A model generated the notes under the pieces. That model did not search any database. It worked only from the letters and a program-made list of their open reading frames with translations, and was not told where the DNA came from. Of a stretch of DNA of 64,000 nt, positions 35,890 to 47,600 are shown piece by piece. Both the position numbers and the translations under genes were made by a program. The DNA is taken from positions 23,554 through 87,553 of IMG/VR virus record IMGVR_UViG_3300035698_011044; one strand, written 5' to 3'. This stretch comes from a virus. The stretch's first letter is position 1, and each line of letters starts with the position of its first letter.

Positions 35890-36926
35890 TAGTACCCGCT
35901 CTGCCCCACTTCAATATGGGTCTTGTTGTAGTAAGTACAAAAGCGCTTTGCAACACAATAATCTGCACAACGCTTGTCTATTCCAAGACGTTCTTCTATC
36001 CGAAATGTTGAAGCCGGATATTTTGTCTCCTGCTCCTTTTGGAAGCGATCAGCAAACCCATTATCCATTTCAAACTTCTTGAAGTTCTTGGATGACTTTT
36101 TGTTCCACTTGCCAGCAGTGCTCTTCATCAAAGCATACTCTGTCTCAGAAGCCCAGCGCTCTTCAAAAGTACAGTCTGGGATGTCATTATCAGAAGCCTT
36201 GCTACAAGCAATGAACAATTTCATCCGGTCAATGATATATTTCTCACACATAGTATTGGGCCATACATTGGGATACATTTCTGCGTATGGAATAACCGGA
36301 TAGTCACCTTTGCCTGCCTGGAATTTATCCCAGTTTTTCAGGAAAAAGCAAACTCGAAGCTTGTTTACCTCATGCCCGAGAAGCCTTAGTCCAAAAGCGC
36401 CAATGTTAAGCTGGCACTCACGCTCAGGCTTTAATCCATACACAATTTCCCATGGCTGAGTCCTCTTGTAATCTTCCAGACATTTTTCTGCAATCTCAAA
36501 ACAGTCATACTGCATCGAGAGATAGAACTTGTCTTTATCATACCATTCCTGCTTTGCAACATCAATACGAGTTTCGCCTGGTTCAGCAACGGCAAGATAG
36601 CATTTCCAGTCAGGAATTTGACGCCCCTCATGCATGGGAACCTCAATAAACATTCTCTCCTCAGATTTACGCTCGGTGCTAGGCTGCATATTAGACATCT
36701 CTAGTGCATAATGGACAGCAGATCCATCAAACATCCAGAAATTATCACTCACATCCCGCTCAAGCTCTTTGTCGTGCCTGCGCTTTAGAAAATATGGTTT
36801 TGGAGCACCAATTACCGTGGTGCAAGAGAATACATTCGCTGGCGGATTTACGAGGGCGTAGTCGTCAGCAGTCAACGCATCAACTACGGAGGGAGACTTG
36901 ATCTGATACTTGTTTGTAGTCTTCAC
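35889..36926 (-). CDS. PD-(D/E)XK Cas4-like exonuclease
   Basis: GSAVHYALE, YD...LEDYK, Q, C-terminal RC..YC....FC; probable GTG start at 36926. Confidence 0.75.
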   Translation of the reverse strand: MKTTNKYQIKSPSVVDALTADDYALVNPPANVFSCTTVIGAPKPYFLKRRHDKELERDVSDNFWMFDGSAVHYALEMSNMQPSTERKSEERMFIEVPMHEGRQIPDWKCYLAVAEPGETRIDVAKQEWYDKDKFYLSMQYDCFEIAEKCLEDYKRTQPWEIVYGLKPERECQLNIGAFGLRLLGHEVNKLRVCFFLKNWDKFQAGKGDYPVIPYAEMYPNVWPNTMCEKYIIDRMKLFIACSKASDNDIPDCTFEERWASETEYALMKSTAGKWNKKSSKNFKKFEMDNGFADRFQKEQETKYPASTFRIEERLGIDKRCADYCVAKRFCTYYNKTHIEVGQSGY

Positions 36927-37261
36927 TAGAACTCCCCTTTGATCTGAGCGCTTCCGCACACATGGTTCATAAATTGCAACTCACCCTCACACTCTGGGCA
37001 ATGCCCCTTTTTCCAGAAACCTACAACTTCACGCATGAATGATTCCTGAGTCTGCGTAGGAACTCCCGTGTCTGCAGCACACGCATTGTGGAGCTCTATC
37101 TGCGACACGAGATAGTCATGGTCTCCTGGCGTACACATAACGCCACTCAGCGCAGCTTTTACGCCGTGCATGGCCACACCATCCCAGGTCATGCCTGTTT
37201 TTTTCTTCTCCACAACATCTTCTTCCGTCAGATGCAAATGGACCAGCTTGGTTTTTGACAC
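36926..37261 (-). CDS. possible ribbon-helix-helix DNA-binding protein with C-terminal CxxC
   Basis: AGGAGG then GTG at 37261; alternating KLVHLHL strand followed by helices; CPEC. Confidence 0.4.
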   Translation of the reverse strand: MSKTKLVHLHLTEEDVVEKKKTGMTWDGVAMHGVKAALSGVMCTPGDHDYLVSQIELHNACAADTGVPTQTQESFMREVVGFWKKGHCPECEGELQFMNHVCGSAQIKGEF

Positions 37262-37274
37262 AAGTCCTCCTTTG

Positions 37275-37457
37275 TTAATAAAAAATCTTGGGGATACTTC
37301 TAGGATCATCTATACCATTCAATCTATCACACACCGCTTTAGCCATATCGTCATGAGCCCTGTCGCAGTATTCCATCGTCAGAACTCGATCACCATTGGT
37401 AGCACAGATATACGTCTGCATACCATCTTTTTCTGCGTAAAACGGCTTCTTACCCAT
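37275..37457 (-). CDS. hypothetical protein, first gene of the early operon
   Basis: AAGGAG RBS downstream of promoter. Confidence 0.55.
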   Translation of the reverse strand: MGKKPFYAEKDGMQTYICATNGDRVLTMEYCDRAHDDMAKAVCDRLNGIDDPRSIPKIFY

Positions 37458-37486
37458 CGCAACTCCTTTGGTTAAGTAATATTTAA

Positions 37487-37531
37487 AGTTACCTTACCAT
37501 TAAAGTTACCATATTGAGGTATCCTTGTCAA
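37487..37531 (-). promoter_or_regulatory. sigma70-like early promoter with AGTTACC repeats
   Basis: TTGACA-17-TAACTT (37503-37531); AGTTACC at 37487 and 37504. Confidence 0.7.
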
Positions 37532-37603
37532 TACTTTTCTTTTGTGGAGCGTATTTATGGATCGATACTCTATAAGAATGTTTGAGGATTATGTGTGTGC
37601 AAC

Positions 37604-37635
37604 AAAAAAAGCCCCAACTAGCAAGGTCGGGGCTT
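37604..37635 (-). terminator. rho-independent terminator after the lysis genes
   Basis: AAGCCCCGAC...GTTGGGGC followed by T7 on the minus strand. Confidence 0.8.
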
Positions 37636-37672
37636 AAACAAGTAGGAAAAGAAAGCGAAAACCTACCTGCTG

Positions 37673-38212
37673 TCAGTCGTTTTCTGCCATCCATTTTCTG
37701 ATACCATGGACGATGCTAATAGCTATTGAAAACTGGTATGACTCAATGTAGAGGCGACTCTCTTCGATTATGTTCGATAGAAATCCCACCTCTATCAGTG
37801 CGCATGGAAATCTTGTTTTCTTTAGAACTGCGAGGTTGTCGCGAGGATGGATCTTGCGGGCTCTGTCTGCAGCGCAAAGCATCTCAGTGTCTATACATGT
37901 GGCGAGCGCTTTACCTTTTGAAGAATAGGGGTAATACATAACATGATACCCGTGAGTCTTTGTATCAGTGCTTACGTCAGCATGGATGGACACTCCCCCT
38001 GTACACCCCATGCTTTTTGCGAGGCGAACATCAAAGGATCCGATTATCTGCCGATGCCGAATGTCCAACAATGACAATAGCATTGAGACTTTTGAAGAGA
38101 TCGATTGAGTGATAGCGGTCTCGATGCTATAGATAGAATCGTTTTCTCTACCGTCAATAGCACCGGAATCTTTTCCAGCGTGTCCAACGAATATGGCTAT
38201 GTCGTGCATCAT
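37673..38212 (-). CDS. N-acetylmuramoyl-L-alanine amidase (Amidase_3), probable endolysin
   Basis: GHAGKDSGA, E, VSIHAD, LAVLK, ALIEVGFLSN..E. Confidence 0.9.
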   Translation of the reverse strand: MMHDIAIFVGHAGKDSGAIDGRENDSIYSIETAITQSISSKVSMLLSLLDIRHRQIIGSFDVRLAKSMGCTGGVSIHADVSTDTKTHGYHVMYYPYSSKGKALATCIDTEMLCAADRARKIHPRDNLAVLKKTRFPCALIEVGFLSNIIEESRLYIESYQFSIAISIVHGIRKWMAEND

Positions 38213-38661
38213 TTACGCTCCTTAACGGCAGTGAGAATGCTGTCGAGGAGTTGTGCGGTCTTACCCTCTTCGTGCTGCAGGCGGATGTATTTGACATCAT
38301 CGCTAACACGCTGAACACTCAGCTTGGTTTCTGAGAGAGCATCTTTAATCTTATCTTGCTCTCCTTTGATATACTCATCTTCTTTCTGCGTATCATTTCT
38401 GAGATTAGTCTGTTCTTTCTCAATGGCAATCTGCCTGGTAATAATCGCCCCTTTATCTGGACACACAAATCCATTCGAGCGCTTTACTTTCCCGAAAGTT
38501 AGTCGGACATTTGAAAATCTTCCTTTAACAAAAAGGAATCCAGCAACACTCAAGATCCCTCCTCCCAAAAAAGTGCTAACCTGGGCAATCGTGTTTACCC
38601 CAGACTGACCATGTAGGACTGCTGCGCGTAGGGAATCTATCATAACTGTCAATGTATCCAT
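38209..38661 (-). CDS. membrane protein with coiled coil, holin-like by position
   Basis: One TM segment; coupled to the amidase. Confidence 0.5.
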   Translation of the reverse strand: MDTLTVMIDSLRAAVLHGQSGVNTIAQVSTFLGGGILSVAGFLFVKGRFSNVRLTFGKVKRSNGFVCPDKGAIITRQIAIEKEQTNLRNDTQKEDEYIKGEQDKIKDALSETKLSVQRVSDDVKYIRLQHEEGKTAQLLDSILTAVKERK

Positions 38662-41600
38662 TATTTGCCTTTCCGCATTTTTTTAACAAACTTCTTCTGA
38701 TCCTCCAAGATCTCTTTGCGCTTATCTTGGTACTCCTTCAAAGTATACTCTCCACTCTTTCGCTTCTTCTGAGCGTTACTGAGACGGACCTGGAAATTAG
38801 TCTTCACGGATTTCCCGCTCTTAGTCTTTCCTTGGCCGAGATTCTTGCTGAGATATTTATTTATTTTGGTGTAATCCTTTGCAAATTCCTTTAGCCCATA
38901 CTCTTTTCGGAATTTAAGTCTTTTTTCCGGAGAGAGCTTCTTGTACCACTCCTTAAAAGCAACCCTATCTTCCCATTTAGTAGATCTCTCAAGACGCTTC
39001 TTCATCGCTCCAGCTATTGAAGGATCTTTATCCATAACATACTTGGAATAAACAAGCGCCCTATGCTCTTTAATCTTCTCCCAAGTTGAAAGCTTTTCGC
39101 CTTCCTTGGTGTAAACTTTGGAAACTCTCATGCCTCCAACAATCAGCTTTTTAACTGCAGGATAACCCTGCCCACTGATTTTCATAAAAGATCTGAACGC
39201 CTTCTTGGGATTGTGTTGTGCAATACTAAGCGCAGCATCCTCCACTGGCCCCAATGAAGGAGGAAGTAGATTTAAGAGCATCTCCGCAGAACCGTAGTCC
39301 ACTTTTCCACCACGCGCCTTGATCGTTGCGTTAGTAATCCCCATCATGACTGAGTCTACCATCCTATTCCCAATTGCAAACCCTCCAGTAAACTGTGACA
39401 CAAAGAATTTTGCAAATCCCTCCGGGTCTTCCCATGGTGGTCTAAGTGCACTAGAAATCCAATACATGTACGTTGCCGGTAGGAGCGCAAGCAGTGACGC
39501 ATGCAAAAGGTTTTGACCGATATCACGTTTGCCTGTAGTCTGCTTATAGTCAATCAACATATTCGCATCTTGATTAAGCTGATTTGTAAATACTGTATAA
39601 GCTCTTGCAAGTCCGTTTCCTCGATATATAGCTGGAAGATGAACCAGACCACCCATTGGCTGAGTTCTCCTTATAACAGAATTAGCAGCTTTAATCGCAG
39701 TCTTTTCATTACCCGACTTCGCCATCACTTCGTGGTACTTGCCATACCATAAGATTGTCGTTGTCATCATATCCGCTTTTGTGATAAATGACATCGAAAA
39801 CTCTCTGACTTTCTCAAGCGCATCGACAGCTTTATCTTTAGCCATCTTAGTTCTCTGAAGAAGGGTCTTTTCGTTTATAGGAGTACCGTCCTGCTTCATC
39901 TGCTTAAGTTCTGATTTAGATATCCCAAGAGCTTCCGGAATAAGCTTCTTCTCCGCCATCTCCGCCATCTCGCGCTCATAACTCGTTGCACGATTCCGCA
40001 TCATAACGCTTTTCTCTTTAACAAAAGCCTCTTGAGCAGATCTGCCAGTCGCATACTTTCTGATGGAATGTGCGAGAGCCCCCTTATTGACCTCTTTTGA
40101 TCCCTGGAAAAAGGAGGCTGGCTGTTTTGCAACAGTTATAAGATTGAATCCAAGAGCGTAAGTCATATACTTGTTTCTAAGCCAGTCACTGGCTTGGTCG
40201 AGAACGTTTTCAGAAGCACCAATTCGACCATAAGCAGCAGCTCTCAGCCAATCGTTAAGCTGCAGAGAATATTCGGTGTTGCGATCATCCATAGCTTTTT
40301 TGACTTCAGTCTTGTTGAGGAACTGATTAACATCGCGCACTATGTCATTGTATGCAATGTAATGCTCGGATTGTCTAATGCTTTTAACCGTAGTTCCAAA
40401 GTAATCAAGTTCTGCAAAGGCAGCTTTGGAATTAACACGACTCTTAGTCATACCCTTCTTGATACTTGCCTGTCTGGAAGTGAATCTAGCGAGAAGATCT
40501 GCTGCCACGGCATTCTCAGCACGGTCAGTTTGCAGATTGGAAATTGGAAAGTAGTTGTGCTCTTTAGGCATATCTACATCATGCTCCCGAGCAAATACTG
40601 CACCCACCCGATCATACTGGGTATTATCAAAATAATCGATCATATCGTCTACAGATTTTCTGTGTTTTGCAGGAAGTTTATCCAAGACTTCTTCTATGAC
40701 ACTATCATATATGCCAGATCCATATAGATGAGATCTGTTCCCTGGATTCTTGGAATTGGCGTAGATAAACATCATCTGGTTGAGAGTGAGCTGGATTTTT
40801 TCTTTGAGCCCTTTCCCCGTATCATCAACAGTTTCATAAGTCAGCTCCATATAAGGCTCAGATAGCGCTTTCGCCACATCAATTCCCGCATGGATCTTCT
40901 GGAACTCTTTGACTGCCACCTCAGTATTGACCAACTGCGCCTCTTCAGCCTCAAGAATTTTATCAAAAACATTCCTCTTAAATACTGAATCTTCATTATA
41001 TCCAACTAAGAGATCATTCATCCTCTCAGGACGAACATGGTCCCAAGCAAACTTCTTTAACCAGTTTCGCCTTTTGCGCCCTTCTACAGACTTCTTGAAC
41101 CCACTCTTGTACTCCGGAGGATCGGTAATTGCCTCAATTTCTTTAACGGCTTTTTCAGCATCCTCTGCGAGCATCTCTTGCTTTTCAGTTTCTTCACGCT
41201 GCTTCTTGGTATATCCGTCAATCTTGATCTCATTGATATTCTTCACAACCTGCCGGAGTTGATCGTTATCCATATCATTTAAAGTGGCCTTAAATGTCTT
41301 GCGAAGATCGTTAGCTATTGCAGAGTCCATTGCGCGGTTTGGATTCTCAATGTACCAGTTAAGAGTCTTCTCGACATTATCAAGATCTTTGGGAGTCGCA
41401 TCGGTGAGAGCCATCAAATACGCTTTGAGCTTTCGATTTGAATTGAGATCTGTCCGGCTCTGGCGAGTCTTGCCTTCCAATCTCTTCAGACGCATTCGTT
41501 CCGCCATGATACGCTTCATTACCTGCTTCTTGAGCACTGAGTTCTGTCTCTTGTACAGAACTACGTCCATGGTCTCTAGCGCCTTCCTGAAGGCAGATAC

Positions 41601-44600
41601 TGTTTTGACATTTTTCATCAAAGTATCTACACGATTCCGAGGTTCCCCACGAAGTCCGATCTTCTTAGCGTAATCATAGATCATGTTTGTGAGCTTTTCC
41701 TGAAGATCGGCGCTGTAATTCAACATCTCGACTTCCATCTCAGCCCGCTGTCCGAGAACTTCATCGGAGACGTAACGGAGTTTGGAGCGGAGAGAGCGTG
41801 CTGCCTTCTCAATTTTATCTACCTGAGAAATAGTAGGTATTGGTTTTGGGACAGCTTTCTTGCGAGACGTCTTCTTTTCGCCATCTTTGTCGTCAGCGAT
41901 TTTTGCAAAGCGAATGTCGGGAGATTCTGCGTCAAATGTTCCAATGTTGCCAGTGGCAGATTTGATCTGGTTGGATTCAAACACGGCAATCTGACCGAAA
42001 GTTCCATCTGGAAATTCTTCAACAATACCATCAAAGCCATCTTTCTTAATTTGAGTGTCTAGCGACTTGATTGCTTTGTCACGTTCTTGCCTTGTCAAAT
42101 CAGGGTCAAACATCTCTTTACCGGTCAAATCTTTAAACCGTTCCTTGTATAGCTTTTCTGAGATAGGGTTTTCTACACTTAAATACACAGGCATAACATT
42201 AGGAGTTTTCCCCAGTTTTCTATTAGGAGCTCCCTCTGCAAATAGGGAGGCTGATTTTTCTGAGCCTGTAAAGTAAAATTTTCTAGCACCAAGACCTAGG
42301 CCCCTTCTCCGGCCTTCTAAGTCCTTTGCTTTAGCTAGAGAAAACTCGGTAATTCCGTTTCCTGTCCCATGATAAACAACAACAGGCTCACCACTCTTGT
42401 TCACAACTTTTGAATCCTTGAACCACTTCTTAAATGCAGGCGTTTCGGTTTGGTCATCAGAAGTCTTCGCGAACATAGGTTGTCCTGCATACTGAAGATC
42501 GTAGGCCATGTTACCGGAGAGAGATATTGACTGCTGATCAGTATTTCCAAGCATCACATCCTCAACCTTATTGCCCCACTTCTTAGCGTACTTGTTGAGG
42601 AAGTTCGGGATAGTTTTATCGTAGAGATTGACAGCCCACTCACCACCCATTTTGAGATCCTCACCCTCAAGCTTCGATTCTCCCTTCGCATCCATAATCT
42701 TCTTGGCAATTTTTTTTCCAACAACTTGATCGATAGTTCTGCCGACAGTGCTGCCAACCATAGAGGACTCGGTTATCTTCCCGTCCTTATCAAGAGAGAA
42801 GGAAAAGTCTGAGTTATTATCCATAAGAATGTAAACATCACGCCCACCCTCTTTTGGATTAACCCTAACGTGATCAATCTTCTTCTCCAACGAGTACCGA
42901 TCTGCAGTCTGCTTACCGTTAATCCATGCTACGCGATCATAGCCTTCATCGGCAGCTTTGCGGAGAATGTTTTTGAGAACGTATTCGTGCCATGCTCGGC
43001 GGTGAGGAAAGGGTTTGATTCCCTTTGCATCGAGACTTTTTTCTTGAAGCGACTTTCCAACTTTATCTTTAAGAATCTTCTGGTGTTCCTTTTCTTCTTT
43101 CGATAATTCTGGACCATCCCATGTTCTCCGATTTAATTCTCGCAACTCTTTTTCTTCTTTATCAAGAAGTTTCTCAAGGTCTTTTTGTACTCCTCTTTTC
43201 CTGATATCTCTCGCCCAGTCGCTCTGAATCTCCTCGATGAAGAGAACGCGCTCTCCGTCAGGAGTAACACGATCATTTAGCCTGGCGTGAGCAAAGACGT
43301 TGGGTTGTTCCCAGTGGCCAGACTTGTATGCTGTTTCTTTATGATTTTCCCGTGCATTTTCAAGAGCCTCTTCTTTTGTCACTCCGGTTCCAAGAGCAAC
43401 ATGGTTTTTAGCAAGAACATAATATCTATCGTTGTCGCTGTTCATGACAACCCTTACATCTGCAGGAAGAGGTTTGGTTGTAATCGGCATCCGAAACAGA
43501 ACCTCTTTGTAATTCGTTCCGCCTGGGAGAACATAGCTACCATGCTCAGTCAAACCTTCTTCGCGATTTTCTCTAAATTCTTCTCGCCTAGACTCTAAAA
43601 TATCTGGAGCTTCATTTTCAGCTATATAACGAGCACCTTGCTCAATCACATCTTTAGGAATAAGCTCAAATATATCCTCATCAGAAATGTCGAAAAGTTC
43701 TACCAATTCATCGCTATCCATATCTAAAGGATCGTCGTCTACATTGCGTGTTACATTATTATGTTTTAGAGTCCACACAGTCTCTCCGTCATCAGACTCT
43801 TTTTCTATTACGCTCTCTCTTATATCGTCAGCCACTTTCATTTTTTGAGATTGCATCTCATCAAACCAATACTCGCCATCTGCCAAACCTGGACTAAGCG
43901 CCTCCTTATACAAGTCATCGGTTACACTTTCTAATGTAGGCATAGTGGTAAGACCTTCGTCTAGCACAGTCTCCTCAACCGTAACCTGATTGCTCTTCAC
44001 GAAGTCCAGAACTTCAGTCTTCGTAGCTTTCGGATTCTCATCCAGCCACTCGTTCAGTCCCATCCACTCGATCTCAGCCTTTTTGAGCTGCTCCTTCTTG
44101 ATCATCGATTTGATCTGAGCAACTACGCCCTTTTCCTGCTTAAGCTCGGAGATCTTCTGCTCGGTAGGGGAGAAAAATGGATCTACCTTTTCGCGTTCTG
44201 CGAAGCGAATATCGGGATTAGTCTCTTCAAAAGTCCCGACGTTATCTGTAGCAGACTTGATTTGAGTAGGAAACCATGCCACATAATGTTTATGATCATC
44301 TCCAAAGTCCATCACAACGCCATCGTATCCAAGAACTTTATTCACAGCTTCTCTGAATTCAGTTGAGTCATCACCAAAGAAATCGCCTTCAAGAGACATT
44401 AGCGATGCTCCAGTGTAATTTTCCGCAACTTGGTCAATCATCCAGTCCTGTGGACCTTCGTCCCAATACTCCTCATGCCAGTCGCCAAGCGGAGACTCTT
44501 CTTTGTGCATAATGTCGGGAGCCATTCTTAATAGAGCAGCAGCATCTTCCTGCGTTAGATCTACATCCGATTCTCTTAAGTTGGAACCACTAACAATAAT

Positions 44601-47600
44601 AGGTTTCTGAATACTCAAGAAAGCGTCCATAACATTCGGACTATCTTCCCCGCCTGGTTTGTCCATCAGCTTACCAGTACGCGGATCTTGCAATTTTCCA
44701 GTCTGATATCCTTCGGCCTCACTCTTTTTCGTCGTAAAGTAAAATCCGGAGCCAAGCTGATTGTTTCCTTGACCAGTAAACCCCTCACCAAACTCCGTTA
44801 TTGTTGTGCCTGTCCCATGATAAACAACTACAGGCTCACCATTCTCATCCACAACTTTTGAATCTCCGAACCAATTCTTAAACGCCTTAGAATCTACTTG
44901 TGGAACTACTGCAAATAGAGTGTTCACCGGAACGCGGGATGGCTTCAGAGTCTCCTTTAGAGCCTCTAGTCTCGTAGCGTAATTTTGGTGACCGGATGGC
45001 ATCATATCCTCTTTTAGGATATTTGTAACTCTCCAGCCGTCTCCGTCGTTTCTTGGAGTTATGATATTATAGTAGCTATCACCAGCAATATTGATCGGCT
45101 TATCGGCAGGGTATTCAGATTCCCACTTCTCAACCTTTTTGCGCCAGTCGCTCTTCTCCTTCAAATATTGGTTCAGATGGTCAGGTGTGTTTTCTTTTTC
45201 GGCCATATCATCAAGTTTGGCAAGCTCTGCCTGAGTTGCCTTTTTCCTAAAGGTGGACCGTGTTCCATATTTCGCAACAAGAGATTCTCTAAACTCAACA
45301 CTTGAGCCATGGCGAATCGGAATAGAAGACAACTCCTCAAAATCTGCCGGAGGAAGTATTGTAGCAATCCTCACCGCATCATTCTTCGCTAATCTTACAT
45401 CATTTTCACGAGCAACCTCTGTAGCACTCTTCTCAACTCCCGCCTTCTGCATCTCTTTAATAATCAAGCGAGTCATCTGCTCGGAATCCTTAATGTCAAC
45501 GCCGATACTGTTTAGGAAGTCGTACCAAATATCAAGTATTGTTTTGGAAAGCCCCTTCTTATCCGGAGAAGCGAGAGCGTCCTCAATGCTCTTTACCCAA
45601 AACTCCTCGAAGTGTACAGTCTTGTCTGAATAAGCTTTGAGAACTTGTTTCATAACCCTGGTGTTTTTTGCAGCTTTGAACGCCTTCTCCATTTTAGCTT
45701 TATGTTTCGGAGAAGTCTTTAAAAGATTCTTCAGTCCGATATGAGAAACTTCATGAGCGTAATAGCGAGCTACTTCTTCAGCAGAAAGCTTGTTGCTCAA
45801 ATAGATTGTAATCGGGCCAGTCTTCGGCATCAATACTGCAGCCTTATTATCTTTTCCAAGCTTAAAAGTCTTTTTAGTAAGCTTGCCGTTTTCATCACGG
45901 ACTACTGCCTCAAATTGATCAGCAAACTTAACTCTGATCCGCCCAAACTCGCTCTTGGGAATAATGCTTACAGACTTCTCGTATGTGTCGTTTATGTAGG
46001 TTACATCGCCAGCAGGAAAGCTCTTCCGGAAGAGAGAGACCTGCTCTGCTCCGTCAACAATTCCGGCCCCGCCCTCAAATAGAGGGAGTCCAGATATATT
46101 GGCGGTTCCACCCTTATTGTCTTTGAGATACTGGTCAACTTCCTTCTGTGTCTTCGAGCGCTCGTCTCCGTACTCGGTTCCTTCAAAGAGATCTCCAGTA
46201 GAGTCTTCTAAGAGGTCTTTCTTGAAGAAGACATCTGCAGCCTTAGAGATCTTCTGAACCTTCTTGGTCCGGTCGCCATCTTTCCGAGAGTCGTATTGGA
46301 CAAAAGGAACATCATTCATAGCAAGAATGTCTTTAACCTTTTGAGAAGTTCCCTTCGGAATAACCGCCCCAGAGAACTCTGAAAGCCTTACTCCACGTTG
46401 GATCTTAGCTTCAAAGTATTCTGTAGGCATATTTTGCAGGTCCGTAGCAAAAGACACAATGTCATCTATATCAGAATCTGAAATATTACTAAAATCATTT
46501 TTCTTAAGAGATCGTTCCATTGCAGAGCGTCCCTTACCGCTACCTGTATAATAATCATATATTGATTTACTTAAGTCATCGAGATGATATGTGCTGAAAG
46601 AATCTTTGTGGTAATACTTGTAATTTTCCTTTACCTTATCAGAGAGGTCAAAAAATCGGTCATTACTTGCATCTTTTAATTTATCAAACGCCTTACTCTC
46701 AACAATTCTTTCTTTAGCCTTACGCATTTCGTCTAAATTCTTAAATCGCTTTGCTCCTCGACTACGAGCTTTTGCAACGCTCGTTGTCATCGTATTTTCA
46801 GAACCAGTAATAGCTTGCCCGAGCATTATATCAATGGCACTATTAAGACTAAAGTCAACCTTCTTGCGACCTTTTTTATAATGAGGTTCGACAAATATCT
46901 TATCAGCAATATCGAGTGCCCACTCCTCAAATTTGTCTTTACCTAATTTTTTCACTGCACGGTCTATACGATCAACAGTTTTTCTCCGATCAAGAGTTTT
47001 TTTCTTCTGACTAATAGTTTTGTAGTCATCAAGAGCTTCAGCTAAAAAGTTATAGTAAACTATACCATCAAGACTATCTCGATTAAGCATATCCTGAGCA
47101 AGTTTTAAATAGTGCTTTCGATTAGCTTCTAAAACACGCTCTCTCGTTTCACCCGATTCCATTAAAGTTTTAACTCGATCGTCAGCATACTCTTCGGTAG
47201 CTTTGACTGCCACATCGTATAATTCCTTTCGGATACGATCTTCATTACTCGAATCAACCTTTTCTGTCTTAACAAGATTTTTAATGTAAGAAACTATCGA
47301 AGGCATCCCAGTTAGAAAGCCTCGAAGGTGAGCAGGACTGGTCGCAACTCTCACGCTCACATTATTATCTTCAAGGAACATCCCTCTAAAAGACTCGTCA
47401 TATCCCACTGACCTAAGAAACATTTTCTTGTCCGAATTGCGAATGTGTTCTTCAAGACTACTTTCTCCAGTTGTCATTTCGTATTTAAGCCGAGCTTCCG
47501 ATAGCTTTAATGAAAAATCATTAGACTCTTTATTATTTAACTTGTACTCGATTTTTGGAGATCTGGGGGAATAGATGTCAGCATCAAACACTTTTACAAA

